NCBI GenBank assembly: GCA_963822445.1
Contig: CAWGHO010000003.1
Span: 32,001 to 96,000, forward strand
Length of the DNA stretch: 64,000 bases
Reading direction: 5' to 3'
DNA from: an uncultured Acidobacteriota bacterium
GTDB lineage: Bacteria > Acidobacteriota > Thermoanaerobaculia > Gp7-AA8
Positions within the stretch are counted from its first letter, which is position 1. Each line of letters starts with the position of its first letter. The notes below the pieces were generated by a model that was given only the letters and a program-made list of their open reading frames with translations, searched no databases and was not told the DNA's origin. The position numbers and the translations under genes were made by a program. Positions 44,891 to 53,455 of this stretch are shown here, one piece after another.

Positions 44891-46964
44891 ATCGCTTCGT
44901 TTTATGCGTGGGCACCGCGGTCCACGGATCCTCCGGCCAAGGGTGCTTCGGATACCTCGCCCGCAGCTCCTTGCGCACTTCCTGGTATGCGCCGTTCCAG
45001 AAACTGCGCAGGTCTTTCGTGACTTGCACCGGCCGCCGCGCGGGCGACAGCAAGGCGAACGTCACCGGCGTCTGATTGCGGCCGACACGTGGCGTGTCGG
45101 CGAGGCCGAACAGCTCCTGCAGCTTCGCCGCGGCGACGATCGAACCATCTTCGCGATACTCGAGCTTCACGCTTCTTCCGCTGGGCAGGTCGAGGTGCGT
45201 CGGTCCCTGCACCGCAAGGCGGCGCGTTTCCTCGGGATCGACGTTCTGTTGTTTCTGCTCCTCCGTCAGCCGCCAGACTTCGAGCGGATCGGGCGGGACG
45301 TTGATCTCGCGGAGGAGGATCTGGTCGTACCACAGTCTCTTCGTCGCGCGGACCTTGTCGCCCTTCAGCACGTGGACGACATCTTCGCGCGTCGGTGTGA
45401 GCCATTCGCGCTCGACCCTGCTCGCGATTCGCACCAGCGCTTCCTGACCTCCAGTGACTTCGAGCGCGACGAGAAACTCGCCTTCGTGCAGTCCGCTGTT
45501 TCGCTCGAGAACCGCGCCGGTTCCGGAGGAGAGCAGGAGTCGCAACGATCCGGGCTCGCGGCGCATGGCCACGCGATCAGGAAAGCCGGCGAGCAACGCG
45601 CGGCGCACGTCGCCTTCCTTCTTCACACCGGCCGCGCGGGCGACGCGCAGCAGCTCGCGTGCAGCGTGATCGAGCCGAGGGGAATCGGCCAGCGCGAGCG
45701 CGTCGCCGCTGCCGATGTTCCGCACATCCTCGGACAGCAGCGCGCAGACGCGAACCGCCGACTCGCCACCTTCGATGAGCACACGCGCGAGACGCGGGTG
45801 GAGCGGGATGCGGCGGAGGAGATTGCGGTCATGAGTACCCAACCGCTGCAGAAGCTCCAGCGCCGCTTCGATCCGATGTTCCGGCGGCCGCTCAAACCAT
45901 TCGAACGTGCGCGGATCGCCGCCCCAGGCCAGGATGTCGAGCACCGGCGACGCGAGATCGACGCGCCGCACCTCGGCCTCGCGATGCGGGCGGAGGATCA
46001 TCCGCTGATCCCACAGACGCAACGCGCGGCCGGGAGCGGTGCGACCGGCGCGGCCGGCGCGCTGATCGGCGGAATCGAGCGAGATCTGTTCGGTCTGCAG
46101 ATGATCGATGGCCGTCTCGGAATCGAATCGCAGGACTTTGTGCAGGCCTGAGTCGATGACGTCGGTGACGCCGTCGACGGTCAGCGAGGTCTCGGCGACG
46201 TTCGTGGCGAGGATGATTTTTCGTTCCGATGACGGGGCCAGCGCGCGTTCCTGCGCTTCGATATCGAGCGAGCCGTGAAGCGGGATCGCGGACGGAATCT
46301 GGCGCCGGACCTCTTCGATCTCGCGCGCGCCGGGCAGAAAACAGAGGATGTGGCCCCTGGCGTCGCGCGCGATTTCGCGAATGGCCTGCGGCATCGAAAG
46401 CGCGGCGTAGCGGATGTCGATGGGGAACGTTCGGGCGTCGATGGTGATGACCTTGCTGCCGAGGAACTTTGCTACGGGGCCACCGTCGATGGTGGCGGAC
46501 ATGACGATCACCGACAGATCGGATCGTGACTCGGCGGCCTGCTTCACCAGAGCCAGTGCGAGATCGGCGTGAATGCTCCGCTCGTGAAATTCGTCGAGCA
46601 CCACCACGTCGAAATCGGAGAGCAGCGGATCGGCCTGCAGGCGCGCGGTGAGGATGCCTTCGGTTGCGACGAGCAGTTTCGTGCGATCGCTGAAGCGCCG
46701 TTCGAAGCGGATCTGCCAGCCGATCTCCTCGCCGATGGTCCAGCCCTGCTCGACGGCAATGCGTCGGGCGAGCGTGCGCGCGGCGACGCGGCGCGGCTGC
46801 AGAAGAATCGTGCGGCCGATGGCGGTCAGGGCCGGTGGGATCCGAGTCGTTTTTCCGGCGCCGGGCGGGGCCACGATCACGGCCGTGCGCTCCGCGCGCA
46901 CGACAGCGAGGATTTCGTCGAGATGGCGGTCGACCGGGAGCGGCGTTTGCACTTCAGACCGCAT
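44889..46964 (-). CDS. hrpB: ATP-dependent helicase HrpB
   Basis: APPGAGKTT, DEFHERS, MSAT, ATNVAETSLT, QRAGRAGR; C-terminal LSPARRPVQVT...RYPKHPWP. Confidence 0.92.
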   Translation of the reverse strand: MRSEVQTPLPVDRHLDEILAVVRAERTAVIVAPPGAGKTTRIPPALTAIGRTILLQPRRVAARTLARRIAVEQGWTIGEEIGWQIRFERRFSDRTKLLVATEGILTARLQADPLLSDFDVVVLDEFHERSIHADLALALVKQAAESRSDLSVIVMSATIDGGPVAKFLGSKVITIDARTFPIDIRYAALSMPQAIREIARDARGHILCFLPGAREIEEVRRQIPSAIPLHGSLDIEAQERALAPSSERKIILATNVAETSLTVDGVTDVIDSGLHKVLRFDSETAIDHLQTEQISLDSADQRAGRAGRTAPGRALRLWDQRMILRPHREAEVRRVDLASPVLDILAWGGDPRTFEWFERPPEHRIEAALELLQRLGTHDRNLLRRIPLHPRLARVLIEGGESAVRVCALLSEDVRNIGSGDALALADSPRLDHAARELLRVARAAGVKKEGDVRRALLAGFPDRVAMRREPGSLRLLLSSGTGAVLERNSGLHEGEFLVALEVTGGQEALVRIASRVEREWLTPTREDVVHVLKGDKVRATKRLWYDQILLREINVPPDPLEVWRLTEEQKQQNVDPEETRRLAVQGPTHLDLPSGRSVKLEYREDGSIVAAAKLQELFGLADTPRVGRNQTPVTFALLSPARRPVQVTKDLRSFWNGAYQEVRKELRARYPKHPWPEDPWTAVPTHKTKR

Positions 46965-46965
46965 T

Positions 46966-47235
46966 ATGGCCACTGTCAAAAATCACGACGAGATCGACTA
47001 CACCGCCGAAGGCAGGACCCCTCCGCGCGAGAAGAACGACCCCACCAACGAAGGCTACGACGAGGCCGCGCACAGCGGTCCGAGCCGGTACGGCGTGCCG
47101 GAAGGCAGCGGCGGTGTGTTCGGCACCAGCGGCGGCGGCACCTACGAAGGCGGCATGCACGTCGAAGAGCGGCCGGTGATCGACGAGACCGAGCGCGGCG
47201 ACACGGCCGGCGGCCGCGGAAAAGCGGACGAGTAG
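46966..47235 (+). CDS. Small acidic Gly-rich hypothetical protein
   Basis: MATVKNHDEIDY...; fills the gap between hrpB and the methyltransferase gene. Confidence 0.55.
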   Translation: MATVKNHDEIDYTAEGRTPPREKNDPTNEGYDEAAHSGPSRYGVPEGSGGVFGTSGGGTYEGGMHVEERPVIDETERGDTAGGRGKADE

Positions 47236-47243
47236 CGCCCGCG

Positions 47244-47711
47244 TCAGAGGAACCAGCGGCCGGTGCGCCGGCGGTAATCCTCGTACTCCGCGCCGAACGT
47301 GCGCGCGAGATGCGGCTCCTCGTAACGGGTGATGAAGATGTGGAACGCGATCCACGCCGCGGCCGCGTACAGCGCCAGTCCGAGCGATCCGAACCACGCC
47401 GCCATTCCGAAGAAGAGCAGCACCTCGCCGGTATTGATCGGGCTGCGAATCACGCGATACGGGCCGCTCGTGACCAGTGTCCGCGGCGGAAGCGCCGGCG
47501 TGGGCGTACCGTGGCCGCGGCGATGAAACAGGACGATGCACCACAGCTGCAGCGCCGCGCCGGCGGCGATGGCGATCGCGCCGGGAACCGTCAGTCGGGC
47601 GAACCGGTCGTCATCGAGAAAGAGAATCGCCGCCGGCAGCGCGACCACGGTGATCGCGTAGTACACGGCGTTGACGATCAGGTTCTTTCCGAAGAGACCC
47701 ACTTGACACAT
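47244..47711 (-). CDS. Isoprenylcysteine carboxyl methyltransferase (ICMT/PEMT) family
   Basis: GHGTP...LVTSGPYRVIRSP...EEPHLARTFGAEYEDY; start at 47711 or GTG 47702. Confidence 0.85.
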   Translation of the reverse strand: MCQVGLFGKNLIVNAVYYAITVVALPAAILFLDDDRFARLTVPGAIAIAAGAALQLWCIVLFHRRGHGTPTPALPPRTLVTSGPYRVIRSPINTGEVLLFFGMAAWFGSLGLALYAAAAWIAFHIFITRYEEPHLARTFGAEYEDYRRRTGRWFL

Positions 47712-47749
47712 TATCGCCGCGGACCTATTGTAATAGTCTACTAGTACAA
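47703..47749 (+). promoter_or_regulatory. sigma70 promoter with YtrA-type operator
   Basis: TTGACA-N17-TATTGT; inverted repeat TTGTAaTAGTctACTAgTACAA (47728-47749). Confidence 0.7.
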
Positions 47750-47756
47750 CAGTCTT

Positions 47757-48151
47757 ATGAATCATCTTTTCCGTCTCGATCCGTCCTCCGGCGTTCCGTT
47801 CTACAGGCAGGTCATCGACCAGGTCCTGCTGGCGATCGCCGACGGGCGGCTCAAGCCGGGAACCCAGTTGCCGACGGTTCGCCAGCTCGCGGTCGACCTT
47901 TCCGTCAACCTCAACACGGTTGCCAAGGCCTATCGCGAGATGGAGATCCGAGGAATCGTGGAGACGCAGCAGGGGACGGGGACGTTCATCGCCGCACGGA
48001 CGACGGACACGAAGTCGCGCGAGAAAAAAAAGCGCTGACCGCCCTCGTGGACCGCTTCGTCGCAAACGGTGAGGCGCTGGGGATTCCGATGGAGGATCTG
48101 GTGGATGCACTGGTCGAGCGGGCCGAGAGCGCCCGCAGGAGACAAGGATGA
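47757..48151 (+). CDS. GntR (YtrA subfamily) regulator, frameshifted at an A8 run
   Basis: PFYRQV...LPTVRQLA...NLNTVAKAY. The -1 frame continues ALTALVDRFV...RRQG* with the stop overlapping the next ATG. Confidence 0.85.
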
Positions 48152-49123
48152 TTCCCGTGGCGTTGATGGCGCAGAAGATGAGGAACCAGATGAAAGAAGC
48201 GAAAGTGCCTCTGAAACCGGATGCTGAGTTCAAGGACGTCGATCCGAACGGCGGCCCTCGCCGCTACGTGAACGGCGTCAGCATCACCGTGTTCACGCTG
48301 CTGTTAGTCGCGGCGGCGATCTTCGTGCCGTTCGGGAAACTGTGGATCGCCCTGGGTCTGGCGCTGCTGTCCGTCCTGGCGCTGTTCGGCGTCAAGATCG
48401 CTAACCAGTGGGAGAAGGCAGTGGTCCTGCGCTTCGGAAAGTTCCAGGCCCTCCGCGGGCCCGGCCTCTTCGTCGTCATTCCGGTGATCGATCGAGATCT
48501 CGCACCTGATCGATCAGCGCATGCGCGTGACGGACGTGACCGCCGAATCGGCGCTGACCCGCGACACGGTCCCGGTCGACGTCGACGCCATCGTCTTCTG
48601 GACGGTCTGGGATGCGCAGAAATGCGGTGCTGGAGGTAGCCGACTACTTCGCCGCGATCGCACTCTCCGCGCAGACCGGTCTTCGCGAGGCCATCGGCCG
48701 CGCGCGAGCTCGCCGACATGATCACGGAGCGCGATCGCCTCGGCGCATGAGCTCCGCACGATCCTCGACGAGAAGACCAACCCCTGGGGCATCACCGTTC
48801 ACTCGGTCGAGATCCGCGACGTGAAACTGCCGCAGGCTCTCGAGGACGCGATGAGCCGCCAGGCCCAGGCCGAGCGCGAGCGCCAGGCCCGCATCATCCT
48901 CGGCACCGCCGAGACCGAGATCGCCGCGCGATTCGTCGAGGCGGGCGAAGAGTACGAGAACAACCCCGTCGCCCTGCATCTGCGAGCCATGAACATGCTC
49001 TACGAGGCGATCAAGGAAAAGGGCTCGATGGTCATCGTCCCCTCGAGCGCCGTCGAGACGATGGGCCTCGGCGGAATGGCGGGGATGACCGCGCTGGGTG
49101 GTGGAGTAGTACCGAAGGAGTGA
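48148..49123 (+). CDS. SPFH/slipin (stomatin-like) protein with several frameshifts
   Basis: QWEKAVVLRFGK, LTRDTVPVDVDA, AQTGLREAIG, WGITVHSVEIRDV and AMSRQAQAERERQAR fall in different frames. Confidence 0.85.
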
Positions 49124-49130
49124 GGCGAGT

Positions 49131-49181
49131 TTGACAATCGGTAGGGAGAGGCATACGGTCAGCGTCTCCCTACCCCGATTG
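49131..49181 (+). promoter_or_regulatory. Putative sigma70 promoter straddled by an inverted repeat
   Basis: TTGACA-N17-TACGGT; arms CAATCGGTAGGGAGA / TCTCCCTACCCCGATTG. Confidence 0.55.
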
Positions 49182-49243
49182 ATGCTCGCGGCGCCCATCC
49201 CGCCGGCATCCGGCCCGCCCGGTGGACAGCCCGGAGGCATCGC

Positions 49244-51205
49244 ATGTCCTCTCGTCTCGCCCGATCGCTGATCGTCGTTCTCATTCTTTCGCCAATCGGT
49301 CTCACCCAGGTTGCTCAAGCGCCGGCATCAGCACCGACTGCGCCGCCCGGTCCCTGCCGCACCTCCCTGACCCTACCCGCCCCGGCCAGGCCCAACATCA
49401 ACTGCGCCGCGCCGCCGGACACGTTCGACTCCACGACGTTTTTTGCGGCCATCAACCCCCTGGTGCAGGCGCAGGCTGGTCCGACGTTCGATGCCTGGGC
49501 CTGGGCGTCGTTCGCGGCATTCAACTGGCCCGCGAAAGCCGATGCGACGCAGCCGACGAGCTTCCTTCGCGGCGTTCCCGATACGTCGCGCAGCTTCGCG
49601 AACGCCGCGCCGACGGACGTCGTGGTCTGGGAGACCTTCAAGGAAAAGCGCGAGGTCTTCACCAACAGCGTTACGGCCAGCACGGCGGCCACATGGCAGG
49701 ACCTGACGTATCCGCCGGATCAGGAGATCACGCCGGTGGGCGGACAGATACCGGCGTGTACCCCGCAGGACGCGCTGCTGGCCGGGAGCATGCCTGGGCA
49801 GTCGCACAGGCGGATTCTGCAGGGCTCGAAGCTCGCGCCGGCGCTGGCGACCGGCGCTCATGCGCTCGATGAGACGGCGGAAGTCGCATCGCCCGCCCAG
49901 GAGACGCAGGCGGCGCTCTGCGCCGGATACGCGGGAGCGTCGCTGGCGAACTGTCAGTCGTACTTCCCGGTACCGCCTGGCGGCCGCGCGACCACGCCGT
50001 ATCCGCCGACGATTCTCAACCCGCGCTCGCCGGTCGGACCGCGCGTCTTCGATCCGAACGGAAACATCGTGTTCTACGAAGTGCGAGTCAACTACGACTA
50101 CTTCAACTATGTGGTCAGCAACGGGATCAACCTCGTTCCGCCGCCGCCCGGCGCGCCGCCGCTGCCCGGCGCGCTGCTACCCGGCGGGCCGCCGCCGCAA
50201 TACGCGCCTGCGTATGCCCTGCCGTGGCGCACGAGCGCGCAGGGTCCGCCGATTCTGCCTCCACCGCCAACTCCCGGCGGATCATCGTCCGGGCAGATGA
50301 ACACCAAGCCGGTGATGAACTACAGCGCCAATACCACGGTTACCACGTACAGCGCGTCACCCTCGCCGCCGCCGGCGGTGGGATCGGTGCAGGTGAAATC
50401 AGCCTGGAAGATGCTCCAAGCTGCCGACCCGACGTACCACACCACCCAGGCTCTCTACTTCGAGACGACGCCGGCAGGCGTCAACCGCTGCTTCAAAGTC
50501 GGAACCTTCGGACTGATCGGACTGCACATCATCCAGCGCGTGCACAACGGCACCAGCGCCACGCCCAACGCGGATCCCCTCGGCGGCACGTTCATCTTCG
50601 CGACGTGGGAGCACAACTCGATCGAGAACGGCGGCGGCTATTCGTATGTGAACTTCCTGGCCAAAGCGACGGACACGACCCAGCCTTATCCGGCGGTCGC
50701 GAAGGCGATTCGGGCACAGCGGCTGCAGCCATATCCACTCCCCAGCACGGCGCGGGTCACGGCCGGCGTTTACGCGCAGCTTCCCCCGCGCTCGGTCTGG
50801 CGCAACTATCGCCTGGTCGGCACGCAGTTCTACGTGAATGTCGGCGGCAGCGCGGCCATCTCGGCGCGCTACAACCAGCCGTTCTATCTCGCCAATCTGG
50901 TCATCGAGACCAACACCGGCCTGCAGAATTTTCAGGGCCTGCCGCCGAACGTCACACCGATTCCGAACTACACCTCGGGCAACCCGGGCAAGTTCAAGAA
51001 CACCGGGCCCGCGTTCAATCCCCAGGCACCGAACGTAGCCTGGAAGAACGCGCCCCAGCCCCAGCAGATCGCCTACAACATGGGCGGCTGCATGGGCTGC
51101 CACGGCGTCGCGCAACTCAAGGGCTCGAACTTCAGCTTCGTGCTGTTCGACGGGCAGGGCGGGGCGGGAATCGATACGTCGACGAGTATCTCGATACCAC
51201 CATAG
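49244..51205 (+). CDS. Secreted Pro-rich protein with a single C-terminal c-type heme motif
   Basis: Signal peptide (VAQA); CMGCH near the C-terminus; blocks WETFK, KSAWK, GLIGLHI, ATWEH, NYRLVGTQ, LANLVIET. Confidence 0.7.
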   Translation: MSSRLARSLIVVLILSPIGLTQVAQAPASAPTAPPGPCRTSLTLPAPARPNINCAAPPDTFDSTTFFAAINPLVQAQAGPTFDAWAWASFAAFNWPAKADATQPTSFLRGVPDTSRSFANAAPTDVVVWETFKEKREVFTNSVTASTAATWQDLTYPPDQEITPVGGQIPACTPQDALLAGSMPGQSHRRILQGSKLAPALATGAHALDETAEVASPAQETQAALCAGYAGASLANCQSYFPVPPGGRATTPYPPTILNPRSPVGPRVFDPNGNIVFYEVRVNYDYFNYVVSNGINLVPPPPGAPPLPGALLPGGPPPQYAPAYALPWRTSAQGPPILPPPPTPGGSSSGQMNTKPVMNYSANTTVTTYSASPSPPPAVGSVQVKSAWKMLQAADPTYHTTQALYFETTPAGVNRCFKVGTFGLIGLHIIQRVHNGTSATPNADPLGGTFIFATWEHNSIENGGGYSYVNFLAKATDTTQPYPAVAKAIRAQRLQPYPLPSTARVTAGVYAQLPPRSVWRNYRLVGTQFYVNVGGSAAISARYNQPFYLANLVIETNTGLQNFQGLPPNVTPIPNYTSGNPGKFKNTGPAFNPQAPNVAWKNAPQPQQIAYNMGGCMGCHGVAQLKGSNFSFVLFDGQGGAGIDTSTSISIPP

Positions 51206-51292
51206 GTTTCGGGGTTACGGGGTTACGGGGTTACGGGGTTACGAGGTGGAGTTGCGAGGTTCTCAGACCTCGTAACCCCGCAACCCCGTAAC
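51206..51292. repeat. Inverted arrays of the 8-mer GTTACGGG family between convergent genes
   Basis: 5-6 forward units and 3 reverse units. Confidence 0.9.
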
Positions 51293-51294
51293 AC

Positions 51295-52035
51295 CTACCC
51301 AATCGAATCCAGAATCTCCCCAAGCTCCGCACGCCGGCACGTAAACATCGGCGTATCCCGCACGGTGAACTTCGAGGACTCGGTCTCGCGCAGCTCCTGC
51401 ACGAGATCGAGGAATTCGTCGGCGGTGTCGGACTCGAAAGCGACCACGAAATCCTGATCGTCGAGGCCGAACGAGTACGTGGTGTTGATCTTCACCCGCG
51501 GGTATTTGTGGCCGATGGCGATGTGCTCGTTCATGATCCGCTGGCGCTCGGCCTGCGGCAGCAGGTACCAGTCGCGCGTTTTCACGAACGGGTAGACGAA
51601 CAGGTACGGCTTCTTCCCCGGAACGATCCGCAAACGGCGGCCTTCCTGGCCGTCGTGCACGTGCTCCTCGACGTACTGCGAGTGCTTGGTCATGGCCAGG
51701 AAGGACTGGGGGACCTCGAGGTAGCGGCCGAGGATCGATTTGTTGATGTCGGCGGCCATGCGCTGGAAGGGCTCGATGTCGAAGCCGATGCGCCAGAGCA
51801 TGAAGTCCACGCCTGCTTTCAGTCCGACAGTCGAATAGGGCAGGACGATCATCGGGCTCGTGTAGCGGCCGATGATCTCCACGAGCTCCCGTTTCGCATC
51901 CTTCTTCACATCGTCGGCGAGCGAGCGGAACGCGCGGTCGACGCGGAAGAACATGAAGTTGACGAACTGGCGCTGCAGCGGCGGTTGCGCTTCGCGCGCG
52001 GGTCGTGATTCGGGAGCGGTAGTTGTTGTGGTCAT
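51295..52035 (-). CDS. Chlorite dismutase / coproheme decarboxylase family protein
   Basis: YPFVKTRDWYLL, RIMNEHIAIG, YSFGLDDQDFVVAFE. Confidence 0.88.
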   Translation of the reverse strand: MTTTTTAPESRPAREAQPPLQRQFVNFMFFRVDRAFRSLADDVKKDAKRELVEIIGRYTSPMIVLPYSTVGLKAGVDFMLWRIGFDIEPFQRMAADINKSILGRYLEVPQSFLAMTKHSQYVEEHVHDGQEGRRLRIVPGKKPYLFVYPFVKTRDWYLLPQAERQRIMNEHIAIGHKYPRVKINTTYSFGLDDQDFVVAFESDTADEFLDLVQELRETESSKFTVRDTPMFTCRRAELGEILDSIG

Positions 52036-52065
52036 GGTCCGGCGATTTTATTACGATGCCTGACC

Positions 52066-53448
52066 TTGGCCCCGCGCGCTCCTGCACCGCACTCCGCGCC
52101 TCCCACCGCACGGAACTACCAGCAGCTTCTGACGAAGCTCCTGCGGCATGGGGCGTATCCGCAGCTTCGCAAGATCATCGAGAAAACCCTGCCGGCGGAC
52201 ATTTCTCCGGTCCTGCCGCTGCTGCTCGAAGAAGACCTGCGGCGCATCCTCTCGCTGCTGATCGAATCGGGCAAAGCCGCGCGGGCGCTGCTCGATCTCG
52301 ATGAAGCCGACCTCAAGGCGATCCTGGAATCGCTCGACGATTCGACGCTGGCCGCGGTCTGCAGCTCATCCGCGCCCGACGATGCCGCCGACCTGCTCGA
52401 CTTCCTCCACGACGATCGCCGCGCCCGCGTCCTCGAGCTCCTCGGCGCAACGCAGGGCGCGAAGCTCGAATCGCTGCTCGAAGGAGAGGAGGAGACCGCC
52501 GGCTCGCTGATGAACACGGAGTTCCTCGCGCTCAGCGAGGACATGACAGTCGGCCAGGCCATCGAAGCCATTCGCCAGTACCCGCGCAAAGAATCGTTCT
52601 TCTACGTCTACTGCGTCGACGGCGATCAGCATCTGGTCGGCGTCCTCTCGCTGCGCAGCCTCATCCTCGCCAACGCGGCCGGGGAGCTGAAGGACATCAT
52701 GGTCCAGAGCGTCGTGCGCACGCAGATCGACTCCAGTCCGGAAGAAGTCGCGCAGCTCGTCTCGAAGTACGACCTCCTGTCGATTCCCGTCGTCGATCTG
52801 CAGAACCGGCTCGTCGGTGTGGTCACGGTCGACGACGTCCTCGACGTGATTCAGGAGCAGGCCGAGGAAGATCTGTTGCACCTTGCGGGCGTCGATGCGA
52901 GCGAGCGCGTCACGACGCGCGCGCGCGACGCGTGGCGGACGAGATTTCCGTGGCTCGCGGTGAACCTGGTGACGGCGTTCATCGCCTCATCGGTCGTTCG
53001 CTACTTCGAGCCAACCATTCAGAAGTGGACCGCGCTGGCCGCGTTCATGCCGATCGTCGCCGGGATGGGTGGAAACGCCGGCACGCAGACGCTGACGGTC
53101 TTCGTCCGTGCGCTCGCGCTCGGCGAGATCGACTGGAAAACGGGACTGCGCCCGATCTGGAAAGAGACGCTGGTCGGTCTCGGGAACGGCGCGGCCATCG
53201 GCGCGATCACCGGAACGATCGTCGGATTCTGGACCGGTCAGTGGGTGCTCGCGGGCATTCTCTTCCTGGCGATGTGCCTCAATCTGATCATCGCCGGCGT
53301 GGCCGGCGGGATCGTGCCGCTGCTGCTCGAGCGGCTGGGATTCGATCCCGCGGTCTCGTCGTCGATCTTCGTGACGACCTTTACCGACAGCGGAGGATTC
53401 TTCCTCTTCCTCGGCCTGGCGACGCTGGCGATGCGTTACGTGCTCTGA
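52066..53448 (+). CDS. mgtE: Magnesium transporter MgtE
   Basis: PDDAAD, TAGSLM, CBS pair, GMGGNAGTQ, DPAVSS...TTFTD. Confidence 0.93.
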   Translation: MAPRAPAPHSAPPTARNYQQLLTKLLRHGAYPQLRKIIEKTLPADISPVLPLLLEEDLRRILSLLIESGKAARALLDLDEADLKAILESLDDSTLAAVCSSSAPDDAADLLDFLHDDRRARVLELLGATQGAKLESLLEGEEETAGSLMNTEFLALSEDMTVGQAIEAIRQYPRKESFFYVYCVDGDQHLVGVLSLRSLILANAAGELKDIMVQSVVRTQIDSSPEEVAQLVSKYDLLSIPVVDLQNRLVGVVTVDDVLDVIQEQAEEDLLHLAGVDASERVTTRARDAWRTRFPWLAVNLVTAFIASSVVRYFEPTIQKWTALAAFMPIVAGMGGNAGTQTLTVFVRALALGEIDWKTGLRPIWKETLVGLGNGAAIGAITGTIVGFWTGQWVLAGILFLAMCLNLIIAGVAGGIVPLLLERLGFDPAVSSSIFVTTFTDSGGFFLFLGLATLAMRYVL

Positions 53449-53455
53449 CGTGCGT

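Noticed and set aside
26553-51292. Short-unit repeat arrays as CRISPR arrays
   Set aside because: Units are 7-8 bp, contiguous and inverted, with no unique spacers and no cas genes.
51295-52035. Chlorite dismutase-family gene as a functional partner of the adjacent heme-c protein or as evidence of chlorate respiration
   Set aside because: The genes are convergent and separated by a repeat hairpin. The protein is cytoplasmic and fits a housekeeping ChdC/Cld-like protein, and no reductase genes are present.
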